Positions 8,568 through 16,573 of a DNA stretch of 44,094 bases are shown here, one piece after another. A program made the translations under genes and the position numbers. The DNA comes from a virus (taxonomy: Duplodnaviria; Caudoviricetes), in IMG/VR virus record IMGVR_UViG_3300017707_001820, positions 1-44,094 of that record. The stretch is one strand, 5' to 3'. Positions within the stretch are counted from its first letter, which is position 1, and each line of letters begins with the position of its first letter. The notes under the pieces are model-generated. The model saw nothing but the letters and a program-made list of their open reading frames with translations. It was not told where the DNA came from and made no database searches.

Positions 8568-8757
8568 GAATTGGAAACATCAACAATCATGGATTCCATC
8601 CGTAGTCTGAGAGATGACTTTTCTGGTGGTTGTGCGACCAGCTTCGCATTGCCGAGAGGCATGCAAGCGACTGGCACCCAAGAGGCTGCCCCGATGCGCA
8701 GGAGCGTTTAAGCCTTGTTGCGGGGCGGGATTCAAGGCCCGCTGATTGTTGGTTTTT
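8568..8757 (+). ncRNA. Candidate structured non-coding RNA between two repeat sites
   Basis: No convincing ORF; stems GCTT/GCAT/GCC-GAGA-GGC/ATGC/AAGC (GNRA loop), GCCCCG/CGGGGC, GCGGG/CCCGC; strand assumed. Confidence 0.3.
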
Positions 8758-8799
8758 AACACCGAGCTTGTAGTTCGATAGTTTTTTGGATGAGAAGAA

Positions 8800-9114
8800 A
8801 TGGCAGAAGGCGATACAGCAGCGAAGACATCAGAACACAAGCCAGAACCGTCACGGCTTCCTGCCTGCGTCGTTGGCTGGCAGGCGATGGACACAAAACG
8901 GCTGTGGAATGACTGCACTCAATTGTTAGTAGCGGTCCCAGTTCAAAGCCGAATTCGTAACAGCAGAATGAGGGCTGTCGACGATTGGTTTTACGAGTTC
9001 TCTGTGATTGTGATTCGATTCGATGAAGACTATTTCGAGATCGAGACGGCTGACGGCGATGCCTGGGGATGGGATCTCGACAGTGTTGATTTCTATGTGA
9101 TTCTGAGTGAGTAA
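8800..9114 (+). CDS. hypothetical protein
   Basis: 104 aa between a forward site (8758) and an inverted site (9118). Confidence 0.65.
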   Translation: MAEGDTAAKTSEHKPEPSRLPACVVGWQAMDTKRLWNDCTQLLVAVPVQSRIRNSRMRAVDDWFYEFSVIVIRFDEDYFEIETADGDAWGWDLDSVDFYVILSE

Positions 9115-9172
9115 TTGACTATCGGTTGAGCGTTCCTCTAGGCGCTGAGCAGCGGATAACCATACCGATATC

Positions 9173-9322
9173 ATGATTGCAATCAGAGACAGAATCGAAT
9201 GGCTTTACGAGCGAAATAAAAACCCGTTTGCGGTTCCGCTTCGTCGTCTTCTCCAAGACGTGATGCTCGAAGCCAAAAAACGCAGATCGATGCAGCGACG
9301 AAGACGGAAAGAAAAGGCATGA
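9173..9322 (+). CDS. small basic hypothetical protein (49 aa)
   Basis: MIAIRDRIEWLYERNKNPFAVPLRRLLQDVMLEAKKRRSMQRRRRKEKA; starts right after the 9148 site and ends at a hairpin. Confidence 0.45.
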   Translation: MIAIRDRIEWLYERNKNPFAVPLRRLLQDVMLEAKKRRSMQRRRRKEKA

Positions 9323-9366
9323 AAAAAGCCCGATCGACTATGCTTTGCCGGCGTCGATCGGGCTTT
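9322..9366. terminator. Probable bidirectional intrinsic terminator
   Basis: 14-bp perfect stem AAAGCCCGATCGAC/GTCGATCGGGCTTT with A6 on the left. Confidence 0.6.
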
Positions 9367-9481
9367 CCGTCATGCGTTTCTGACGCGGCCAGGTGTAACA
9401 AAATCAACAGCGGTCAGCACGTCCGATAGTCTAAAATAACCTACAGTTTTTCTTGACTTCGTTTTAGAAATGGAATACCGT

Positions 9482-9916
9482 ATGCCGAGTATTGGTGAGT
9501 TGGCTAGGCAGTTTGAGAAGTTGCTTGATCGAAAGAACAAGGCGGCTGCTGACACAAAAGAAGTCTCTGCTGAGATCGAAAGTCTCGAGCAGGAGCTTTT
9601 GGATAAGATGGCAGACGAGACTCTTCCATGCATAAAGTTGGATTCCGGGAAGACTCTGTACACCAGAGTCGACAAGTTTTATGCGATCCGGTATCCGGAG
9701 AATGCGACGGAAGAACAGAAGGCCGAGGCGAAGCAGGCATTTATCCAGGCTCTGGCGGAATGCCCTGATACGTCGGACATTGTGAAACGCGACTACAACG
9801 CAGCAACCCTGCGGTCGCGGATAAAGGAAATCGAAGACAACGGCGAACAGCTTGACCCTTCCGTTTTGAACCTGATCTCGGTGATCGAGAAGCCGAGAAT
9901 CTCTTATAGATCGTGA
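9482..9916 (+). CDS. coiled-coil phage protein of the replication/recombination module
   Basis: N-terminal heptad pattern, charged; precedes the SSB-like gene. Confidence 0.7.
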   Translation: MPSIGELARQFEKLLDRKNKAAADTKEVSAEIESLEQELLDKMADETLPCIKLDSGKTLYTRVDKFYAIRYPENATEEQKAEAKQAFIQALAECPDTSDIVKRDYNAATLRSRIKEIEDNGEQLDPSVLNLISVIEKPRISYRS

Positions 9917-10158
9917 GTTCTGAAATGAAGATTACCAAAGGACTGACTCCTCCGGATCCCGCGAAAGTTGGTCGTCCGCGCGAGTACAATTTCCAGAATA
10001 TGGAAGTTGACGATGCCGCAGATATCAATGCGTCGTACCAGACAGTCTATGCCTGCATTCGCCAGTTCAAGAAGAACGACGAATACAAAGACTGGTCGTT
10101 CCGCATCGAGAAGATTGGTAAGTCTGAAAAGAAAGTCAGGGTCTGGAGAACAGCCTGA
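9913..10158 (+). CDS. small putative DNA-binding protein
   Basis: GRPREYNFQNMEVDD...VRVWRTA pattern seen in small phage DNA-binding proteins; GTGA overlap. Confidence 0.65.
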   Translation: MSSEMKITKGLTPPDPAKVGRPREYNFQNMEVDDAADINASYQTVYACIRQFKKNDEYKDWSFRIEKIGKSEKKVRVWRTA

Positions 10159-10271
10159 CAATAGTCTTCCAAAGAAACACGTCGTTCAAACTACAGGACT
10201 CCGAGGGCAATTCGGAAATGCAGGAGAGTACCCTGCCGTGTTTCTGCGGGATTTTATTTTACGCCAAAGTG

Positions 10272-10332
10272 GCCTCTTGGAGAGGTGTTTCGGAGTCATG
10301 ACCGAAACTTCAGGTTCGAATCCTGCGAGGCG
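10272..10332 (+). tRNA. Degenerate, D-arm-less tRNA-Met(CAT)-like element
   Basis: GCCTC/GAGGC closing stem, GTTTCGG-AGTCATGA-CCGAAAC stem-loop containing TCAT, T arm CAGG-TTCGAAT-CCTG. Confidence 0.35.
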
Positions 10333-10380
10333 GCTCTGGCAAATCGCCAGTACCCAATGTTTCCTTTCGAAAGGTGTTCA

Positions 10381-11211
10381 ATGTCCACAGCACTCGTGCA
10401 GTATCAGAAGTCCGATTTCTCAGTTCTTGCCGATGGCAGCGAATTGGCAGCAGCAATGCTGGAAAACGGCGATGGCGGAGGATTTCTGGAGTCCGACTTT
10501 CCCCGAGTCAAGACTCCGTCCGGAGGAGGAATGTTCTGGACCATCAACGGTGCCAACGGGATGGAATCCACGGCAGCGATCGAAGGCGTGATCGTGTTCC
10601 GTTGTAACAAGGGGATTCTCTGGAAGGCCGACGAAACGTCCGACGATAAGCCTGTGCTCGTCTCTGACGATATGAAGTACGCTCGGCTGAATATTCCTTG
10701 GGCGGAAGTTCCTGCGGACATGCAGGAGGTTCTCCCGAATCACGAAGTGCCGGCAGACGTTCTGCGAGAAGCCGGAGCCCTGCGTGAGGATGCTGAAGGG
10801 AATCCCGTTCGGTACTTTTACTGGGATGGCCCGAACAAATTGCCTTACTGCGAGTTCGGAAGCTCGACGAAGGCCGGCTCGAAGGGCAAGAAGGCGAAGG
10901 ACTATCAGATCCTCTACGTCCTCCGAAGGAACGAAGCTCTTCCATTGCGGATCCAGCTTGGCCCAACGTCGATCATGCCGATCCGGAAGTTCTTCCGTCA
11001 ACTGAACGTCCCTCACACAATGGCGTATGTGTCGCTGGGACTGAAAGTTGAGAAGTCGTCATCAGGTAAGGATTACTCGGTCGTCGTTCCAACTCGAACG
11101 GCTACTCTTAGCCCTGAAGCCGCCGCAGATATGAAGATGAAGTACAAGGAAGAACTGCAGCGCATGCATGATGCAGGGCGATTGAACATCGTCGACTCTG
11201 CTGCGGAGTAA
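10381..11211 (+). CDS. putative single-stranded DNA-binding/annealing protein
   Basis: FPRVKTPSGGG.FW...IEGVIV...LPLRIQLGPTS motifs; last gene of the replication operon; AAAGG RBS. Confidence 0.6.
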   Translation: MSTALVQYQKSDFSVLADGSELAAAMLENGDGGGFLESDFPRVKTPSGGGMFWTINGANGMESTAAIEGVIVFRCNKGILWKADETSDDKPVLVSDDMKYARLNIPWAEVPADMQEVLPNHEVPADVLREAGALREDAEGNPVRYFYWDGPNKLPYCEFGSSTKAGSKGKKAKDYQILYVLRRNEALPLRIQLGPTSIMPIRKFFRQLNVPHTMAYVSLGLKVEKSSSGKDYSVVVPTRTATLSPEAAADMKMKYKEELQRMHDAGRLNIVDSAAE

Positions 11212-11228
11212 TCCTGAACGGAGTCCGG

Positions 11229-11254
11229 CGGAGCCAAGGATGGCTCCGTTTTTT
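11229..11254 (+). terminator. Intrinsic terminator at the convergence of early and late arms
   Basis: CGGAGCCA-AGGA-TGGCTCCG followed by T6. Confidence 0.75.
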
Positions 11255-11621
11255 ATGCGCTGACACCACCCACCAGAATCCGGCAGTCCAGGTAATCCTG
11301 ATCGCCGTTGCTGATATCGAAGCCAACTGTCACGATCGATTCGTCGTCCGAGGCTTCTCCGCCTGAGATCGTCATCTGGATCGCACGACCTGCCACCAAA
11401 GTCAGCCCGCTGCATCCCGAATCCGACTCCACGACTGTATCTACGTCGATTGTTGACACGTCCTCGACGGTCAGTGTCGCGTCGACAGGATCTGCCGTAG
11501 GATTTGACACCGTCACATCTGGTGGCAGTCTCTTGTTCAGGTCGAGGTAAACTGTGATCGTTGCGCGACTGTGCTTGCACAGCACGTTGCTGGACTCGTA
11601 GCAATCCGGATATTCCGACAT
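11253..11621 (-). CDS. beta-rich virion-associated/adaptor-like protein
   Basis: Acidic, V/T/D-rich; TGATG coupling; end of the late operon. Confidence 0.6.
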   Translation of the reverse strand: MSEYPDCYESSNVLCKHSRATITVYLDLNKRLPPDVTVSNPTADPVDATLTVEDVSTIDVDTVVESDSGCSGLTLVAGRAIQMTISGGEASDDESIVTVGFDISNGDQDYLDCRILVGGVSA

Positions 11622-11887
11622 CACATTCTCTCCCTGAACCGCCACACACGAGGATTGCGAGATGCCGCGAACACTCGAGACACAGATTCTGCCTTAAACA
11701 CTCGCTCGCGTCCAGACGCTGTCCAGCCGACCGTCGGGATCGGCAGATCTCCCTGCCCGATGAAATAGCAGAACGCGCCGTGCCACCGCGACGACTGATC
11801 GTCTGTTCCATTCGCGAATGGGATCGTAACGAATCCCGGCAGCGCAACCCCAGCGGCAGCGCTGCGTTTTGCTGCCGTGGTCGTCAT
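11621..11887 (-). CDS. hypothetical protein
   Basis: 88 aa, coupled by overlaps on both sides. Confidence 0.6.
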   Translation of the reverse strand: MTTTAAKRSAAAGVALPGFVTIPFANGTDDQSSRWHGAFCYFIGQGDLPIPTVGWTASGRERVFKAESVSRVFAASRNPRVWRFRERM

Positions 11888-12864
11888 GCGTCCTCACCCT
11901 TCGTGAATGTCGTCCCGTTATCGGAAGTTGTTGACGTTCCGGCAACCGTTGTCGTATCGTCGCGGTACAGGGTTCTTGCGAGTGCAGTCTGGGTGACCTT
12001 GTTGCGAGCATACATGAACAGCCAGGTGATTTTGTCCTTCAGGCTGCTCGTTGCTGCTGGCGGAGCGGAGAGTTCAGCGAAGGTGTCGACCGAGAGAACG
12101 TCAAGCACTTGAGCATTGACCTGGGCTTGCGTTAAGTCAGGCTCGACTCGAACGACCACATACCGTGTGTACGTTCCATCGACGAATTTATACCGAACCT
12201 GACCCTCGACCGCAGGACGGTCATCAGCATCGAATGCGAGCGTGTAATAGTGCTTCCCTGTTTCCGTTCGCAAGAATGCAATCGCTCCTTCAATAGCAGC
12301 GTAGATTCCGTTGTTGAGAGAGCGAGTTCCTGTGATTGTCGCTCCTGAAACTGGCCATGAGAATGTGATTGCGTTCGTGTCTGAGACAGATCGTTCGACC
12401 GTTGTTGAGGTGACTGTACCGAGAGAATCGACAGTATCTTGGATTTCGTCGATCTGCGTTTGAGTAGAGGAGTCCAGTTCCACTGTTGGTTTGCCAGCGT
12501 CGAACGTTCCGTTTGTGCCACCGAACTGGATCGTGTCCGACTGCAAAACATCGGTCCCCAAAACCATCGAATCAAACACCATCGCAGGCACAACCACTAG
12601 CCCGACCGGCGGCATCTGATAGGTAGACTTATTGCATGTAATCTGCAGTCGTCCAAGCGTGTCGAGATTGCCAGTCGTCATCACGAGCGAGTATTGCCCG
12701 TTTGCGATATGTGTCAGTGTCGCTGCTGCCGCCAATGCGGTGAGAGTGCCTCCGTTTTTACTGATCGACAAATCCCCGATCACCGCAGACGTGTACTCTG
12801 CTCCGGTGCTGTCGAGAATCGGCCCAACGATCAATGTCGCTGCTGTGCTTTGTTTAGCCCACAT
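11884..12864 (-). CDS. putative virion appendage/fibre protein (module B, carries the long C-terminus)
   Basis: Thr/Ala/Gly-rich 326 aa; contains VELDSSTQTQI shared with 14685-15200. Confidence 0.7.
   Translation of the reverse strand: MWAKQSTAATLIVGPILDSTGAEYTSAVIGDLSISKNGGTLTALAAAATLTHIANGQYSLVMTTGNLDTLGRLQITCNKSTYQMPPVGLVVVPAMVFDSMVLGTDVLQSDTIQFGGTNGTFDAGKPTVELDSSTQTQIDEIQDTVDSLGTVTSTTVERSVSDTNAITFSWPVSGATITGTRSLNNGIYAAIEGAIAFLRTETGKHYYTLAFDADDRPAVEGQVRYKFVDGTYTRYVVVRVEPDLTQAQVNAQVLDVLSVDTFAELSAPPAATSSLKDKITWLFMYARNKVTQTALARTLYRDDTTTVAGTSTTSDNGTTFTKGEDA
12451..12485. repeat. 35-bp exact direct repeat, copy 1
   Basis: GATCTGCGTTTGAGTAGAGGAGTCCAGTTCCACTG, identical to 14742-14776. Confidence 0.95.
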
Positions 12865-13661
12865 TATGATCCTGCTCCTACCAGCAAACGACGACGACGA
12901 TTCCCGATTCGCAATCCGCGATTTGCATACATTTTTTCAAACGCCACGCCTGGCCGACGTGACAACAGCGACACCTGACGCTCTACATTGCGATCAAACA
13001 TTGACAACTCGTAAACGCTTCCGCTTGTCCCAAATCCACCTGTCACATACTTTCCGAGCCAAAGCGTCGACAATTGCGAGGGAGTGCTGTAAAGCACGCC
13101 CGAAAACGACGACAGCAAAACACCGTTTAGGTATAGATTGCCTGCGTCACCGCTTCCGGTCTTTTGCAGCAACAGGTGATTTAGACCGGTCCCAATGTTG
13201 ACGCCCGTGTATGTGCGAAAACTGGGTTGGCCAGCAATAGTGCGGCGTACGCCCCAAAAAATCTGCGTTCCTGTCGAGTTAAATTCTAAGAATCCCAAGT
13301 CATTAATAGTTGATTCGTACCACGAATAAAGGACAGGTGAGTTCGCAAAACTCGACACCGAAAACCAAATAGAAACTGCGTGATTGTCGTTTGAGGCAAT
13401 ACGAGAGCCAGCATTGGCAATATCGACGTAGTCATCAGACCCATCAAGCACGACGGCATTCCGTCCTGAACGAATGCCAAATTGTGCCCCACTTGTCAAC
13501 GTGCCGTGATTTTTGAAATTGCTCCAATCTCGGAGCGTCAATCCAGTCGGACCGAGACATGGTGCCCACGCACCGACGCAACCTCTCCACAACGACGGAA
13601 GCTTTGGTTCCCCGCCACGTGATGGTGCATAGAATCCGGAATTGTACGTCGGCGTTGCCAT
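12864..13661 (-). CDS. LamG/concanavalin-A-like domain protein (module B)
   Basis: GAWAP..G.TL.DWS...NHGTL, VLDGSDDYV, SIWF, NLYLNG, LWLG; TAATG coupling at 13661. Confidence 0.8.
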   Translation of the reverse strand: MATPTYNSGFYAPSRGGEPKLPSLWRGCVGAWAPCLGPTGLTLRDWSNFKNHGTLTSGAQFGIRSGRNAVVLDGSDDYVDIANAGSRIASNDNHAVSIWFSVSSFANSPVLYSWYESTINDLGFLEFNSTGTQIFWGVRRTIAGQPSFRTYTGVNIGTGLNHLLLQKTGSGDAGNLYLNGVLLSSFSGVLYSTPSQLSTLWLGKYVTGGFGTSGSVYELSMFDRNVERQVSLLSRRPGVAFEKMYANRGLRIGNRRRRLLVGAGS

Positions 13662-14146
13662 TATTGGATTTGATCCGGATTCGGCGTGATAATGATACAA
13701 GTGACGTTTGCGGTATTCTGCAGGTTCTTTGTCGCCGAAGCGTTCCAAAGTGCTGGAGACACATAACGTTGCGTCAGCGGGTAGTCTCTAAATCTCGCGA
13801 TGAAGTTTGTCGCTCCGCTCGCTGATTTAGCGATCACAGAACCGACAAATCCAGATACAGGCTGAACGCTCAACGCGGCATCGGATGCCCCGACATTGTC
13901 GTCGATAAACGTTCCGTCAGACTCAAGCAAAAACAGATTCAGCGCGTCACCAACCGCAGGCGATGCCGTCCATTGACACACAACGCATATTTCGTGCAGC
14001 TTTGCTTTCGCTCCTGCCCCACGATCATGCTGTGCCCCAACGCGACCAGCACCAAATGCAAGATTCTGTGCGGTGATCACCTTATCGCCGCCGGAGTCCT
14101 TCCATGTGATTGGAGTGCCGGGAAGCATATAAATCAAATTGGCCAT
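13661..14146 (-). CDS. hypothetical protein (module B)
   Basis: 161 aa, beta-rich, coupled to the LamG gene. Confidence 0.65.
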   Translation of the reverse strand: MANLIYMLPGTPITWKDSGGDKVITAQNLAFGAGRVGAQHDRGAGAKAKLHEICVVCQWTASPAVGDALNLFLLESDGTFIDDNVGASDAALSVQPVSGFVGSVIAKSASGATNFIARFRDYPLTQRYVSPALWNASATKNLQNTANVTCIIITPNPDQIQ

Positions 14147-14147
14147 C

Positions 14148-14582
14148 TCATGCACCTCTCATAGCAACACGGCATTCCAGCGGTGTGATTTCGGGTTGAT
14201 ATTCTGCTGCCGCGAGGAGTGGCCTGGCTTGCTCCTCCGACAATCCACAGCCGCCCTGATTGATTGGCATCGTGAGCATTGTTCGGACTCGCGGATCTCC
14301 AAAATCGAGCCCGCGTTGAGATTCGGGTTTCATCCATTTCAAGACGCGAGCCACAACAGGATTTTGTCCAGCCACCTGTTCAATTTGCTGTAGCACTGTT
14401 TCCGCCGCAACTGGATCAGACGACAGTCGCAGCACGGACAATTCCGATAGCGGAGTCTCGCGAAGCAATGGGGGCGATATTGCCGACGCTCGGGACGCAA
14501 CAGCAACCCAATCTTCAAGAGTTGCTGAGGCCGCCGCAGTTGCGTCTGATTCAATGAGGGCTTTCAATTCAACTGGTGTCAT
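14148..14582 (-). CDS. hypothetical protein (first gene of module B)
   Basis: 144 aa, Ala-rich helical, AGGTG RBS. Confidence 0.65.
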   Translation of the reverse strand: MTPVELKALIESDATAAASATLEDWVAVASRASAISPPLLRETPLSELSVLRLSSDPVAAETVLQQIEQVAGQNPVVARVLKWMKPESQRGLDFGDPRVRTMLTMPINQGGCGLSEEQARPLLAAAEYQPEITPLECRVAMRGA

Positions 14583-14650
14583 AATTTCACCTGATTACCC
14601 CAATGAGCAGCGGAGTCACTTTTTCACGAATCCCAATGTTTCGCGCGCCG

Positions 14651-14668
14651 AGCGGATCAACGATCCGA
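14651..14668. repeat. 18-bp direct repeat, copy of the 25-bp site family
   Basis: AGCGGATCAACGATCCGA identical to 16549-16566; internal palindrome CGGATC-AAC-GATCCG; half site AGCAGCGG at 14606. Confidence 0.9.
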
Positions 14669-14684
14669 GGTTATTATATCTAAC

Positions 14685-15200
14685 TTAAAATGCTTCCGTC
14701 GATACCGACGCGATAGACGCTACGTTGTTTTCAATGTTTGTGATCTGCGTTTGAGTAGAGGAGTCCAGTTCCACTGCTCCTGCTGCCGACACCGATAGCG
14801 TCCGGCCTGCAGTCGTCGGCATCACAGCCCCACCAGCCGCTGTCTGATAATCGAGTGTGTCCAACTCAATGTAGATATTAACAGGGACCATATTCGCGGC
14901 CCCGCGCAACTGGATGGCACATTCGTTTCCGCCATCTAAAGCAGCATTCGGAATGCCAATCTCGTACCAGCCAGGCATGTTAGTATTGTCGACGGCCACG
15001 AATCCACCGCTTGTCCACGTTCCGAGCGTTGCTGTCGCCAAGGTGATTTGCACCTCGTTGGATAGATCCCCTGCAAAGTAATAAGCCACCAGCGATGCCG
15101 TATCGAAAGCAAGATTTGCCAATCCAGCCCCGACCGTACTCGCTGAATCAGCAATAAAAATCAGCCTGCGAACTGAGGTAGAGCCTCGTTTGAGTTTCAC
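14685..15200 (-). CDS. alternative virion appendage protein (module A), ends shortly after the shared repeat
   Basis: 171 aa; contains VELDSSTQTQI then stops 18 codons later. Confidence 0.7.
   Translation of the reverse strand: MKLKRGSTSVRRLIFIADSASTVGAGLANLAFDTASLVAYYFAGDLSNEVQITLATATLGTWTSGGFVAVDNTNMPGWYEIGIPNAALDGGNECAIQLRGAANMVPVNIYIELDTLDYQTAAGGAVMPTTAGRTLSVSAAGAVELDSSTQTQITNIENNVASIASVSTEAF
14742..14776. repeat. 35-bp exact direct repeat, copy 2
   Basis: Identical to 12451-12485 and read in the same frame in both genes. Confidence 0.95.
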
Positions 15201-15949
15201 TGATCGGCCCCTCCTCTGACATTAACCGCACGAACCCCACCACCTGAAGCCGCCGCATACGTTCCACCACGACTTGCGTCAATTTCTGCACGTTCTTCAG
15301 TCGTGTAAAGTCTGGGCAAAATGCGTAAGTCATCCATGCGAAACGCGCCGTAGATCGTTGGCGAATTCGCGATCAGACCCACAAAGAGCCTCGGTGTCGT
15401 TATTGCATTAATATTGGCCGCAATGGTTCCGGAAAATGTGAGCGTCTTTGCTGATCCGTCGACCCACGCTTTTAGTCGATTCGCGTTTCCAGTCTGCGTC
15501 CCATCGAACTGCATCACGAGACTGTGCCAGCCTTGATCTGTCAGCGACTGTGCGAAATAGCCGAACGCCCCGTCGATCTGGAGGTAGACATTCCCGTCAG
15601 AAAAATGGTAAATCAGAACTCGCTCCGAGGCACTATTGATAGCGTTCGCAATACCGATAAACAGTCCGTTGCCAGTTGTTGCCACTCTGCGAAACCAAAC
15701 TGAAATAGTTAGGCATTTCAGCGCACCTGCCGGACACTGAGGCGTTGCCGCGTAATCGTTGACACCGTCAAAGTCCAAACATCTTTTGCCGTCATCTGTA
15801 ACCCAATCGGTAGCAGCATCCATATTTGTCAGGGTGCCACTACCAATTCCTGTAAAGTCGGTGAGCGTTGTTGTGCCGTCGCCTGTTGAATCCTGCGATG
15901 GACAGAGGGCCGCGACAGATCCAAGCCAAACTGTGGACTGGTAAGACAT
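15197..15949 (-). CDS. LamG/concanavalin-A-like domain protein (module A)
   Basis: GTLTNM...CLDFDGVNDY, TISVWF, WHSLV, KAWVDG, MDDLRI. Confidence 0.85.
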   Translation of the reverse strand: MSYQSTVWLGSVAALCPSQDSTGDGTTTLTDFTGIGSGTLTNMDAATDWVTDDGKRCLDFDGVNDYAATPQCPAGALKCLTISVWFRRVATTGNGLFIGIANAINSASERVLIYHFSDGNVYLQIDGAFGYFAQSLTDQGWHSLVMQFDGTQTGNANRLKAWVDGSAKTLTFSGTIAANINAITTPRLFVGLIANSPTIYGAFRMDDLRILPRLYTTEERAEIDASRGGTYAAASGGGVRAVNVRGGADQ

Positions 15950-16530
15950 CAGCCAGCCTCCACGGCATTGGCAGCAGCACGCAAAGCCGTGACGATGTCT
16001 GCCTTAACGCCCAATGCAATTGCAGGGTTCACGACTTCGTTGAGCTGTTCAAATGCAATAGAACGAATCGCGGCCTTCACTGTCTCCTCGCTCGCCGCAG
16101 TTCGCTGTGCTGCGAATTGCTCGACTGTCAATTCCTTGTAAAGACGCCCGCCGTCAAGAGCATAAAACGAATCGACCAACGCAGCCGCATTCGGAGCGGC
16201 CTGAGTTAGCCCCTGAATGATCTGCCAAACCAACCCGGCCCATGTCGGAACAGTCGTCAGAAGGTTTTGAGCACCATCACCAAACACCGCACTCCAGAAA
16301 ATGCCGAGTTGCTGTTTCGTTTCGTCTGGTGTCGATGGTGATTCTATGACATCCTGAATCGCTCCGCCCATCGTTGTCGGGCTAGACCGAAACCACAGCA
16401 GATTTTCCCGGAGCCAAACACGGACAGCATCAACAGCGATATTTGACACTGTCAACGTCTTCAGAACAGCCACGATTTCCGCGTCGGTTCCGGTAAGTCC
16501 AAGTGCCTGAGCTTTTTCGTAACCGTTCAT
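15949..16530 (-). CDS. hypothetical protein (first gene of module A)
   Basis: 193 aa, Ala-rich helical, GGGGG RBS, TGATG coupling. Confidence 0.7.
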   Translation of the reverse strand: MNGYEKAQALGLTGTDAEIVAVLKTLTVSNIAVDAVRVWLRENLLWFRSSPTTMGGAIQDVIESPSTPDETKQQLGIFWSAVFGDGAQNLLTTVPTWAGLVWQIIQGLTQAAPNAAALVDSFYALDGGRLYKELTVEQFAAQRTAASEETVKAAIRSIAFEQLNEVVNPAIALGVKADIVTALRAAANAVEAG

Positions 16531-16545
16531 GAGTCCCCCTAAATC

Positions 16546-16570
16546 AACAGCGGATCAACGATCCGATCTT
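16546..16570. repeat. Copy of the 25-bp site upstream of module A
   Basis: AACAGCGG-ATCAACGA-TCCGATCTT; AAATCAACAGCGG also identical to 9401-9413. Confidence 0.9.
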
Positions 16571-16573
16571 CAA

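Larger units (their letters stand above)
7398..9430. repeat. Array of 8 copies of a 25-bp quasi-palindromic site, consensus AACAGCGG-N8-TCCGATAGT, at element boundaries
   Basis: Copies start at 7398, 7916, 8320, 8543, 8758, 9148, 9406 (+) and 9118-9142 (inverted); 7398 and 7916 share 20 identical bp (AACAGCGGAACTTGTATTCG). Confidence 0.85.

Noticed and set aside
9183-9320. Minus-strand hydrophobic peptide as a type I toxin
   Set aside because: The opposite-strand 49-aa ORF fits the operon direction, site boundary and terminator better; no antitoxin evidence.
7398-9430. Canonical integron attC array or CRISPR-like array
   Set aside because: Sites are only 25 bp and lack the paired RYYYAAC...GTTRRRY ends and long hairpin; no intI is present; the intervals are gene-sized.
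11884-16570. Diversity-generating retroelement (TR/VR pair)
   Set aside because: The repeats are exact, with no adenine-specific mismatches, and no reverse transcriptase is in the window.
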